This document shows positions 27,101-36,200 of a DNA stretch of 64,000 nt, one piece after another (position 1 is the stretch's first letter; every line of letters starts with the position of its first letter). The stretch lies in the IMG/VR virus record IMGVR_UViG_3300009376_000011, positions 3,433 to 67,432 of that record. The stretch is one strand, 5' to 3'. The notes under the pieces are model-generated. The model searched no databases. It saw nothing but the letters and a program-made list of their open reading frames with translations, and was not told the origin of the DNA. The DNA is from a virus. The position numbers and the translations under genes were made by a program.

Positions 27101-30100
27101 GCGCGCAGCGTGGCCGTGGTTTGGCAGAGGCAACTGAAAGGTTTAGGGAGCGGAACGAGGAAGCAATTCGTCGTAGGGACCGGCGAGAAGGAGCGCGAGC
27201 CGACTTCCAGATTTTGGAACGTGAACGTAAAGCCCGTGCGGATGCCCGTGTTAAGCGAGAATTGGATCGACAAGCGGTTCGTGATCAGCGTCGGGAACGG
27301 ATTCGTCGCCGGGTTGAAACGTTCGGAGAGCGCCAAGAAGCAGCGATCAGGCTGAGGGATCGGGAGGAAGGAGCGCGAGCCGATTTCACTGAGATCGAAT
27401 TGCGGCGCGAGATGCGGCGTCAACGGGTCCGTGATTTTGCCCGTCGGGTCAGAGAAATCAATGCTGATAGGACTCCTGAAACCCGCGAGGTGGGCAGGAA
27501 AGCGGCAAGGGCTAGGAACGACCGGTCGGCAGGGGTGTCTAGAAGGTTCGATGAAATCCGTGTTAGGCAGGAATCGTTGCGTGGGATGCCGAGTTCCGAT
27601 AGATACTACGAACCGGATGATGATCCAGAGTTCCAGCGTGACTTTGAGCGCACTTTGGAACGCTTCTATGTAGATATGCAAGATTACACGCTTGTAGATC
27701 TTGGCGACGCGCTTTCAAATGCTGGTAACCGTCAATTGGAGGAGGCTTTCGACTGGGAAGACCCGGAAGTTGACGCACGACTTGAGACGCCGATCAGGGA
27801 CTTTCCTGAAGATTGGAAAGCAACAATTAGGGGTATTGTCGAAAACTCCTTCTATGACGACCCCGAAGCGCTTATGGGTCAACGTCGGTCACGAAGAAAT
27901 ATGTTTGGGCAAACGCTCCAGAGTCTGGGGAGCGACAAGGAGCCTGTTATTAGTTGGACAGCGAGGATTGAGGAGATCGACGCTCTTATTACAGAGTTGA
28001 ACGATGTGTTCTTCGACAAGTATTGGGATTTGGATGCGGACGGGTACAACATTACGTCTGGCGTTTATATGGATAGCCGATTCGGGGATCGGATATCTCA
28101 GGGTGGCGGGAATGCAGTCGGGCGCAAATATGACGAATTGATTGCTGAACGTGAAGCACTTTTCGATAAGCGTTGGATGTTGACCGATGAGGAGGAAGCG
28201 AGGATTTATGAAATTAGTGGTGAAATCGAAGCGTTATATGCAGAGACAGACTGGATGGGCGTATCAGATGTACATCGTGAACGGTTTGAGGCGATACGAG
28301 CGAGGCTTGATGAACTAGATCGACCGATAGTGTTGGATAGAGGGATGATTCAGGGGATGCCCTCTGTCAATGAGATGGTTCGATCTGAAGAGATTTTTGA
28401 GAGGGCGAAGGAGCGGCGTGAACGTTTGAGGGACATTCGGAGACGAGTCAAAGCGGGCGAAGAAGTAGATCCAGCAGAAATATTTAATGAACCGGTTCGG
28501 GGTGTTCCCGTTGTCAACGAATGGCAGGAATCACTAGAGGACAGGATAAGTGGAATTTCTGCACAGGAGCGCGTGAAGGCTAGGCGTGAACGTTTGGAGG
28601 CCATTCGGGAACGTCGCATTGCGGAGGCAAAAGCCAGAGATGCAGACTTCGATCCAGATGATATTGATCCAGACGAATGGCATGACGAAGGCTCTCCGGC
28701 GGGTGGCATATTTGATTTGGATCAGCAGATTCGGGGGATGCCTTCTGTCGAAGAGATGGTTCGGGCTGAAGAGATGCATGAGAGGGCAATGGCGCGGCGT
28801 GAACGTTTGAGGGACATTCGGAAACGAAAGGAAGCGGAGGCTAGAGAAGTTAGGGATGCTGGTGTATCGCCTGCGCTTGTCGGTCAGCCGATACAGAACT
28901 TGGTGCCGACGCCAAACGATTCGGATCTTCCCGGTGAAGATGTTCTGATTCGGTATCGGCAGGGCGATGAGGTCAAGATTGGAAACCGCTGGGGCACGGT
29001 GGTTCGCAGCGATCCGGGTGGCGGTGGTCGCGGACCCTTCTATGTAGTCCAATTTGAAGATGGACATAGCGAATCTTTCCCCATGTATCGGGTGACGGGG
29101 GATTCGGACTTGAGGCGCAAGCGTCGTGCTGAAGGAGTTGAACGACACTTTTACCCAGATGGGGCGATACCAGTTGAAGATTTCACTTCACAGGGACTAA
29201 TTGACGAAATGGCGATGATTAAGGAAAGGTGGGATGGCGCAGATGTCATCCCAGTCGAAGACATGATTCGTTTCGACAACCTGCAAATTGCGTGGCATGA
29301 GAAGAATCCCGGCAAGGATTTAGGATCGGTTCGCAATAGTCGGGGTTATCCCGTTGATGTTGAGTCTGTTGAATATGGTGATGGAACGAGGGCTGATTTC
29401 GGTAGCAGCGGTGTAGGTGGCGACCTGAACTCCCAAATGGTTCGGGGGATGCCTTCGGTAGAACGAATCTTGAGTGCGCCTCCCGACAGGTTCGATCCAG
29501 AGATTGATATTGATCCTGACACATACCACGATGATCCGCTTCGTCCGGGTCGGGATGAGCGGATTGTTAGGAGTTTGTCTGCTGCGGTAGATAAGTGGTT
29601 GGGCGAAGATTATTTTGATGCTTTTGAAGATCATGAACTTGAAAAAGCAATGAGTGATGCCATATTGCTGATTAGGGCAAAGAATGGTGGAGATCTCAAG
29701 TTTGCTGACTTCATTGAACCTAGTGCAAATTGGCCGGAAGGCTTCCTACATGCCGAACTTGGGGCAGAGGAAATGTTCACTAGGGAAGGAATTGAAAAGG
29801 GATTGCTGGCTGGCGTGTATGACGGCGACATTCCTGAGGGAGTTTTGCTTGAACTGCAAAATGATCATGGTTGGAATCGTGATCCGGTTGAACGAGTTTC
29901 GGCCATAGTTGAGGCCATGTTGTTTCATCGTGAAGATATGGACAACCCGGAAGTTTTCCAAGAGAACTTGACGGCGATGTTGGACAATCTTTCGGTATGG
30001 GACGGCATGATGAACCGTTACGAACTAAACAAGTTGAATAATAGGGATCGTGATAGAGAGCCGTGGCATGGTCGTCAACGCAAGATTCTTGTGAAGTTGA

Positions 30101-32685
30101 CTCAACGATTTTTGAGTGATCGGAAGTCGGAAAACGAACGGCGACGCAAGGCTCTTACCGCACCGTTGGAAGATGCGTCGATGGAAAGAAGGTTTGATCC
30201 GGTTCCGGGTGAAGGCGAAGTAGATGTGCCCGAAGATGAACAAACGTTCTTGCAGAAGATTGTTGACAGGATTTGGAACAAGCGGCTCAAGGTTGTGAAA
30301 AAGGAATATGAGCGTCGCGGCAAGCCGCCGGAGACGATGCCTCGTTCCTTTGAAGAGTTGGGTATCAATGTAGATGAGATTTTGGCTAGGGGTAGTACGA
30401 CTCCAGAAGAAGATGAAATTATCAAGAAGTGGGTTATTTCAGCGTTTTCGTTGGGTGATGCCAATCAGTTTGCTGGAACAGATAGTTTCATGTGGCGGCT
30501 GCGAAACCAGTGGGGGAATGATGATGATGACATACCGAATATAACTATTCAGCAGACTGGGGGACAGATCACTGCCAGTTTTAATGCTTCTATCGAATTT
30601 AAAGCCCCTAGAGACATTGAGGATCGCAATGGTCAAACAGTAAAGGGCGGCGAATGGGTTGCGAGCGGTAACACTGATCGGGTTATTACGATCAACAGAA
30701 GCAGGGGAGGTAATCCGCCAAAGATTCATGTTAAGAATAGTGAAATGTTTGTTGATACATACTCAACATACGGTGTTAGAGGAAAAGGTTTCGCAACCTT
30801 CTATAACAGCAATACTTGGATACATGTCAACCAGTTGGGTGGACCTGATTCATATATTGGTGTTACTGCTGCTGATGATGGAAAGGTGGTTTGGGGTATA
30901 CAGGGATTCAATGACCCTACTGTGGTTAAAACAGCGATGTCTAACATCCTCAAAGAATTGATTGCCTATGAGACGGATCGTAAGCCCGGTTTGATTCGCA
31001 ATGATCAAATGCACGAAGACTTGAAGAGGCTTTACAACATTCATTCCGCCAATGAAAACGACTCTCCTGTCACTCTTCAAATGATTCATCATGTTTTACG
31101 AGGGGGCGGCAAACATCCTTGGGAAGACATTGCACATACTGATGATCGTCCTTCTGGTATTAGCACAGATGTGTTGTCTAGAGACAAGGATATTGATGCT
31201 ATTGAAAAAGATCTATCCAAGAAGATTAACAAAGACGATCCCCTAGAAGCCGGGATGCTTAAAAACGCTTATGGCAATTGGTGGGCATCGAATGGACTCT
31301 TCGGCGGTGGAGATTTAGGTGTCGGGTCGGACGATCCTATCGGCAAGATTATGGCGGAGGCTGCTGATGAAATTAGGGGTGGTCCGCCGGATGCTGATGT
31401 TGATACGCCGGATTCTCCACGACGACGGGATCGGGCAGCGGAGCGTAGGGCGAGAGGCAGAGGAGAGGAAGGACCAGCAGAAGTTCCTTTGTATAGGGGA
31501 TTGAGGAGGGGGCGGTCGAACTTGACGATTGGCACTTCAGACGAACTGGGTCGTTCTGGGTTGGTTTCAACTTCGATGGAAGATAGCGACATCAAAACGC
31601 CCGCAGCCGCTGCTGAACATATTCGTAATGGAGGAAATATCTCTGATGTTCCTCGCGAGTTGATTCTGGAAGCAGCGTTGAAAAATTCCAGCGGAGACGA
31701 AAAAGACGAGTCAAAACTTTTCAGACTGGTGACCGTTGACGAAGATGGCAATCCCGGCGCGAACGTCAGTGGTGGCACTTTTGGTACATCGTATGTTTTC
31801 CTTAAGAGGGATCCAGACGGCAGGTCCGATAGTGAGCCGGGGACGGAACAAGGATTTATTATCAAAAGCCCGGACTATGCATTTGAAACGCCCGGAAGCG
31901 ACGGGGGAGGCATTGCAAATGTCAGCCAATACAACGAGATTATTGGACGACAGATAAGTCAATTGCTTGGAGATCCGACCGGTGGCGTGATGGTAGATGG
32001 AGAAGACCCACGGGGTAATCCTTATATCGTTATGGAGTTCAATAATGTAACTGCGGATATCGGACTTGAAATCCCTCTAGCACATATGAGTTTTGAGGAG
32101 CGCAACGAACCGGAAATGTTGAAGTCTCGCCTTAGGGCTTTACTGATCGGTTACAGCATGGGTCTGGGAGATAGGCACGGCGGCAACTTGTTGGTTGGTC
32201 AGAGCGAATACACGGGCGGAACAAACCAGACAGGCGTGACCAATATCGACTTCCAGCGGGCTTGGGGAGCGACAACAGATCTTCGTGGTTACATAGATGG
32301 GCATATGGCTGAAGGCAGCGGTTTCCCCGGATTTGGATTGCTTAGTGAATTGCGACAGGCGGTTAGGGAGGGCAAGTTGAGCGAATCAGAGTTGGGGGGA
32401 GTAGTTCAGGAAGTCCATGATCAGATGAGAAACATCAAAGATGTTCACTTGGAAAGAATCTTTGGGGATCTTCCCGAAGTCCACGCTTTGGGTGGGCGAG
32501 ACATGTCAACTATGGGTGCTGCTCGTCGTGGGCCGGACGATGTGGAGACTCACGCGACGAACGTTAGCAACCATCTGGAGATGACATTAGCCACCCTTTC
32601 CGGTGGAGAAATGCTAGTGATGGAACTTTTGGAAAATGATGAAGATGAAGAACCATGGTATGGGGAAGGGCAGCGGACGTTCTAA
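24145..32685 (+). CDS. Giant (2846 aa) multidomain head/ejection protein with Arg-rich repeats, GNAT-like and C-terminal HipA/PI3K-like kinase domains
   Basis: Uninterrupted ORF with SD GGGAG; RGKGFA...W..QGF; GGTFG...IIKS...NEII...DRHGGN...IDF. Confidence 0.75.
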   Translation: MSDKPLEVKGPQDLIDVIPQERITGDILRGHGPRRGGLEHLLKFWRPIMRKPGGFRRCIVILANHPELYPLQPLCAWLHHETTGKWPNEGNHHGGGGAARAAGRVARRAIPGKRRRRRGKSEDGVEIASWRVYRRVARMDGGITTRPIDGDQNAVAYKAARFVQGLQSVPMPGSFDWTKQPIEVKGRGHGRLGRTLSSIASYFTPGDMSKYRSPIRSALWGALFPGGGGIGPSGGIGGGGARPSIGGGALRCPTGYINGGRFTDPKLSNCGGLVFDVPAKGPGAVTSGDVSKMTRRFESITAEDVPDVVRDVVVKKPKGDPFAVVREAAIRPNRAGSPARRESVVNDVVDFVGKNVGTTRLVRRDGVVYEPTLTPEELVKMKDHDAIKGAVYVTSKIGKGAIAGDEIRLLSKGVEAIEYAFGQGSVRVERKTDIPVGVGAKMRTRWASISRDPDIIINPFAHVEKFVQEFPEFVEIKPKFDGVKKPNERVVVTSSDGQKRVVSRWIHHMFLSPRAPRRLAGVKPYNIAKESGTKTLREQRFNREQYAVFSVEKKNLALRPDLSDQFGKPSLADLRISDTDGMSRDSLVDLKAARFVLAQLDEDMAVKVFGRRRMRGVRLSRFARRIPKVVPYNPRARDADGDGLVQEGTIWERPSGTIFRGLKAGARKLAGSVQLVDGNGKNVDYKPGENQRSPLRTSRFDPLKRRLAGASERFGGRREQGIRRRDQELDATADFTEVELRRQARKARRQRALARIRQRGAGVRERRTARMERGAERDEAAAGRHTERARELTSQRRDRDEFDRSRRDMRGRQRAEREELDRRSPRRERRTQRRDERRRRMQERLTEFGERNEEAIRRRDREEGARVDFGRRRPSIAERAAAAAERFRERREEGIRAEDRRRGARADFGKLDRERESRRRDRRGPTRRSERTPGEQRGRAAGAADRLRERNEEAIRRRDREQGARADFGILEREREARRQRRAERGAQRGRGLAEATERFRERNEEAIRRRDRREGARADFQILERERKARADARVKRELDRQAVRDQRRERIRRRVETFGERQEAAIRLRDREEGARADFTEIELRREMRRQRVRDFARRVREINADRTPETREVGRKAARARNDRSAGVSRRFDEIRVRQESLRGMPSSDRYYEPDDDPEFQRDFERTLERFYVDMQDYTLVDLGDALSNAGNRQLEEAFDWEDPEVDARLETPIRDFPEDWKATIRGIVENSFYDDPEALMGQRRSRRNMFGQTLQSLGSDKEPVISWTARIEEIDALITELNDVFFDKYWDLDADGYNITSGVYMDSRFGDRISQGGGNAVGRKYDELIAEREALFDKRWMLTDEEEARIYEISGEIEALYAETDWMGVSDVHRERFEAIRARLDELDRPIVLDRGMIQGMPSVNEMVRSEEIFERAKERRERLRDIRRRVKAGEEVDPAEIFNEPVRGVPVVNEWQESLEDRISGISAQERVKARRERLEAIRERRIAEAKARDADFDPDDIDPDEWHDEGSPAGGIFDLDQQIRGMPSVEEMVRAEEMHERAMARRERLRDIRKRKEAEAREVRDAGVSPALVGQPIQNLVPTPNDSDLPGEDVLIRYRQGDEVKIGNRWGTVVRSDPGGGGRGPFYVVQFEDGHSESFPMYRVTGDSDLRRKRRAEGVERHFYPDGAIPVEDFTSQGLIDEMAMIKERWDGADVIPVEDMIRFDNLQIAWHEKNPGKDLGSVRNSRGYPVDVESVEYGDGTRADFGSSGVGGDLNSQMVRGMPSVERILSAPPDRFDPEIDIDPDTYHDDPLRPGRDERIVRSLSAAVDKWLGEDYFDAFEDHELEKAMSDAILLIRAKNGGDLKFADFIEPSANWPEGFLHAELGAEEMFTREGIEKGLLAGVYDGDIPEGVLLELQNDHGWNRDPVERVSAIVEAMLFHREDMDNPEVFQENLTAMLDNLSVWDGMMNRYELNKLNNRDRDREPWHGRQRKILVKLTQRFLSDRKSENERRRKALTAPLEDASMERRFDPVPGEGEVDVPEDEQTFLQKIVDRIWNKRLKVVKKEYERRGKPPETMPRSFEELGINVDEILARGSTTPEEDEIIKKWVISAFSLGDANQFAGTDSFMWRLRNQWGNDDDDIPNITIQQTGGQITASFNASIEFKAPRDIEDRNGQTVKGGEWVASGNTDRVITINRSRGGNPPKIHVKNSEMFVDTYSTYGVRGKGFATFYNSNTWIHVNQLGGPDSYIGVTAADDGKVVWGIQGFNDPTVVKTAMSNILKELIAYETDRKPGLIRNDQMHEDLKRLYNIHSANENDSPVTLQMIHHVLRGGGKHPWEDIAHTDDRPSGISTDVLSRDKDIDAIEKDLSKKINKDDPLEAGMLKNAYGNWWASNGLFGGGDLGVGSDDPIGKIMAEAADEIRGGPPDADVDTPDSPRRRDRAAERRARGRGEEGPAEVPLYRGLRRGRSNLTIGTSDELGRSGLVSTSMEDSDIKTPAAAAEHIRNGGNISDVPRELILEAALKNSSGDEKDESKLFRLVTVDEDGNPGANVSGGTFGTSYVFLKRDPDGRSDSEPGTEQGFIIKSPDYAFETPGSDGGGIANVSQYNEIIGRQISQLLGDPTGGVMVDGEDPRGNPYIVMEFNNVTADIGLEIPLAHMSFEERNEPEMLKSRLRALLIGYSMGLGDRHGGNLLVGQSEYTGGTNQTGVTNIDFQRAWGATTDLRGYIDGHMAEGSGFPGFGLLSELRQAVREGKLSESELGGVVQEVHDQMRNIKDVHLERIFGDLPEVHALGGRDMSTMGAARRGPDDVETHATNVSNHLEMTLATLSGGEMLVMELLENDEDEEPWYGEGQRTF

Positions 32686-32966
32686 TGGCTAAATTTTTAA
32701 TCACTCCTTACCAACATTCAGTTAAGCCTGCGATTATTGTTGAGAACAACGATAATCATTTTGATATTGGCGGGAATGAACGAATGGCAGCACAACTAGT
32801 TGAAGCCATGGATAGTTATGACGTTGATGAAGAAAAAAGATTGGCTGCTTTGATTCATGGTTCTACGGGCATCATGAGGTCGCATAAACTAGGAGACACA
32901 GATAATCCAGATGATAGAAAGATACTCAACGAGTATAAAAAAAAGTGGATGAATAGCGATGGGTAA
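32685..32966 (+). CDS. Small protein coupled to the kinase-bearing giant gene (candidate immunity/partner)
   Basis: TAATG overlap; start MAKFLIT; 93 aa. Confidence 0.65.
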   Translation: MAKFLITPYQHSVKPAIIVENNDNHFDIGGNERMAAQLVEAMDSYDVDEEKRLAALIHGSTGIMRSHKLGDTDNPDDRKILNEYKKKWMNSDG

Positions 32967-33204
32967 TGTAAGTGCAGAGACGATTGGCAAGATGCAGAAC
33001 TACATAGAGGCGCGCAATACGCCGGAGCGGTTGGGCATTGTCGAAATGGTGTCTCAGTATGTTCTATCCGATCTTCCTCCAGAAGAAGATAAAGAAGAGG
33101 CTTTGATTCTGTCGCGCTATCACCTGTCTACGGATAGGGGAACAGAAGATTTGAAAGCGTTGTATCCGGATGCTGTCAGTTGGATGGAGGAAGGCAATTC
33201 ATGA
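32959..33204 (+). CDS. Small helical protein (candidate immunity/partner)
   Basis: 81 aa, overlaps both neighbours. Confidence 0.65.
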   Translation: MGNVSAETIGKMQNYIEARNTPERLGIVEMVSQYVLSDLPPEEDKEEALILSRYHLSTDRGTEDLKALYPDAVSWMEEGNS

Positions 33205-36200
33205 GATATCCGGAATACCGTCTGAACGAGGTCGGTTTTCGCGCTCGTTTATATGATGTAAACCATATCCCTCTTGAAAAAGGGATAGGGAGCATAATCA
33301 GACGCGTTCCGAAGGTGGTTCCGTATGACAACGATGCCCGTGATGCTGATGGCGATGGTCTAGTTCAAGAGGGGACAATCTGGGAGCGTCCTGCTGGTAC
33401 CCGTTGGGTGAGCAAGTTGGGTAGCGCTCTTTCTTCTGGCTTGCGTGCCATTCCGGGTAACTCCAAGATTGTGGATAAAGACGGCAACGATGTTGATTAC
33501 AAGCCCGGAGATAAAGCACAGGGTGGACGGGCGAAACTTCGTGGTCTGTTGGCTCGTCGCCGGTTGCGTCGGGCAGGTAAACGTCGGCGTCGTGCAGCGG
33601 AAAGGCGCGAAGAGGACAGGGAGCGTAAGGCTCCTGAAGAATACGACAAGTTAATTGAAACTTTGGAAAACGCCGCTAATGCTGCAAGTCAAGAGCGGCT
33701 GATCGAAGCAGAGAAGCAGCGCGGCGATGCGCCGATGGACGGACCTTTCCGTTCATTCTGGGACACGTTCATGGAAGCGTTCACGGGCATGAAGGGGGGG
33801 AGGGAGGATCGCAATTCCCGTGACAAGGCGCGTGGTAGGAGCGCTATTCGCAAGGCTCTTCAGATGGAGGGAAACCGGCGGACGGCTGGCGACGAGAACG
33901 GTAATGAGCCTGATCATGACAGGGAAAAGGAGTTCGATGAGGAGGCATTAGACGGTAAGGGTGTGATGCCTTCTGCGATTGAAGAGCATCACAGGAAACT
34001 TAGAGAGGATCCTGAGTATCGCAAGCGGTGGAATCGTGCGTTGCGTGAGGGCAAGGTAGATCAGTTTATTGAGAAGGAAGGTTTGAGGCCGATTCCCGAT
34101 GGCGGGGATCGCGATCCCGACCGACCCCGACCCCGAATTGATCCCAAGCCACCAACGGATGCTCCAGAGGCCGGGAAGCCGTTGACTGATTTGACCGACG
34201 ACGAGTTACAGGCTCGGATTGAGGCATTGCAAGACATCAATGATGACATGTCTCTGGATGATTTGTCACCGGCACATCAGGCGGAGTTGGATGCGCTGTA
34301 TGAGGAGCGTAATAACCGTTGGCTGCGGGGCGAGGGTCCGCGACCCCGCCGCCCAGAGCCGGATGATCCAGAGGCAGATGTTGAACCGGGGTTTGAATTA
34401 CCCGATGAGGTAATCGAAAGCATTGAACATTACAGGGATACCGTACTGCCAGAATTGAGTGATCAAGACTTGGCTCAAGAACTTGCTGAACTGCGAGAAG
34501 CGCTGAACGCTGATGATTTGGAGGACAGGTTCCCAAGAAATGATGGGCCTGAACGGTTTGCTTTGGCGTTGCAGGAGCATCGTCGTCGTCTTGTTCAGCA
34601 AAGGGAAGAGCGGAACAGCCCGGAAGCGATGATCGCCCTCGCTGACGCTGTATCTGAAGAGGATTTAGACCAAGCGGTTGGGGGCGTACTGCCCCTACAT
34701 CTTTACCCGCGGGACATGGTGGACAACCCACGTTCGGAAGAGGCGGTGAAGGCTTTCAATGAGAGGATTCGTGAGCGTCTTGCGGAAAGGGATGAGGCTA
34801 GGGCGGCACGGGGTCTTCGTTGGAGTGACGAACGAATAACAGGTGCGTCCGATGAGGAATTGCAACGTCGTCGTGCAGAACTGGTTGCTTTGGATCCAGT
34901 TGGCAACGATTCGGCAATTAGGACAGAACTTGAACGGCTGGAGAGCGAACGGATTAGGCGTGAAGTATTAGCGGGGATGCAGAGAGATCTAGATGAATAT
35001 GAAGAATCTGACGACGATCTTCCGGGCGATGCGTTCTTCGATAACGAGGGTTGGATTGAAGGCGACTTCGCTTGGGACGATGATGCTATTGACGCCGCGA
35101 TCAATGTTGCTCTTGCTACTGACGATACGAGGACTATAGAAGGAATAGAACGCTCGCTTCAAAGGTATAAGTACGATATGACTACGAGCGAGTGGCGTGG
35201 CGCTAAGGGTCGTCGGCATCGGGAAATTCAAGCGATTTTGGATCGTAGGCGTGAGGAGAGGGAGCGTCCGACTAGGACGGTGCCGCCAAGGGACGTTGAT
35301 CCCTATGGAGATGACGAATTCGGGTTTATGAGCGATGAAGATCTTCAACGCCATATAGATGATCTTGAGAATATTGAGGATCGCTCCCCGGATCAGGAGG
35401 CGCGTTTAGAGGCTTTGGGTAATGAGTATGACGAACGGTTTGGAACAGAAGCAGATGTTGAAGACATGGAGCGCGAGGAGCGGTTGGAATGGTACGAGAC
35501 TGATCCTGCAAGTCTTTCCGATGAGGAACTTCAAACTGAAATCAATGAACTGAATTCTGAATCGGATTTGGACGACGATGCAATGGCGTGGTTGACCAAA
35601 CTTTCTGAGGAGGATGACAGGCGGCAGAAAGCCCGAAATGAACAAGAGGATCAAGAAGCGGCAGAAGCGGAAGCGGCGGAGGAAGCCCGTCAGGCTGAAC
35701 TAATTGAAGAGCAGCGAGATCCACGGGATATGACTCCTGAGGAAATGGCTGAAGAAATCAACGCCATTAACGAGGCTGATGAAGATGAGTTAAATGAGCA
35801 TTGGGGTTCGTCTGAAGCGGCGATGGATCGTTACAACGTTTTGCAGGATGCGCTTAGTGAGCGCGAAGAGCAGGATGCTAGAGATCGTGATCAGGAAGAG
35901 ATTGAGGATCGTATTGCTGAGCAGGATGATCCTACGGAGATGCGGGATGAGGACATCGGTGAAGAGATGTCTGAACTGTTTGATATTTCCGAAGATGAAG
36001 ATTACAACGAGGAAGCGCGGGCACAGGCTAGGCAGCGATGGGAGTTGTTGGCAGCCGAACAGGACAGGCGTGAACGGGAAAGAGAACAGGATGAACGGGA
36101 TCTGTCGGATGCGTTAGACGAGCGGCAGGCTGAAGAGGATGCTGAGGAGGATCGCATCCGTGAAGCGGAAGAACGAGAAGCCGAAGAGGCAGCCGAAGCC

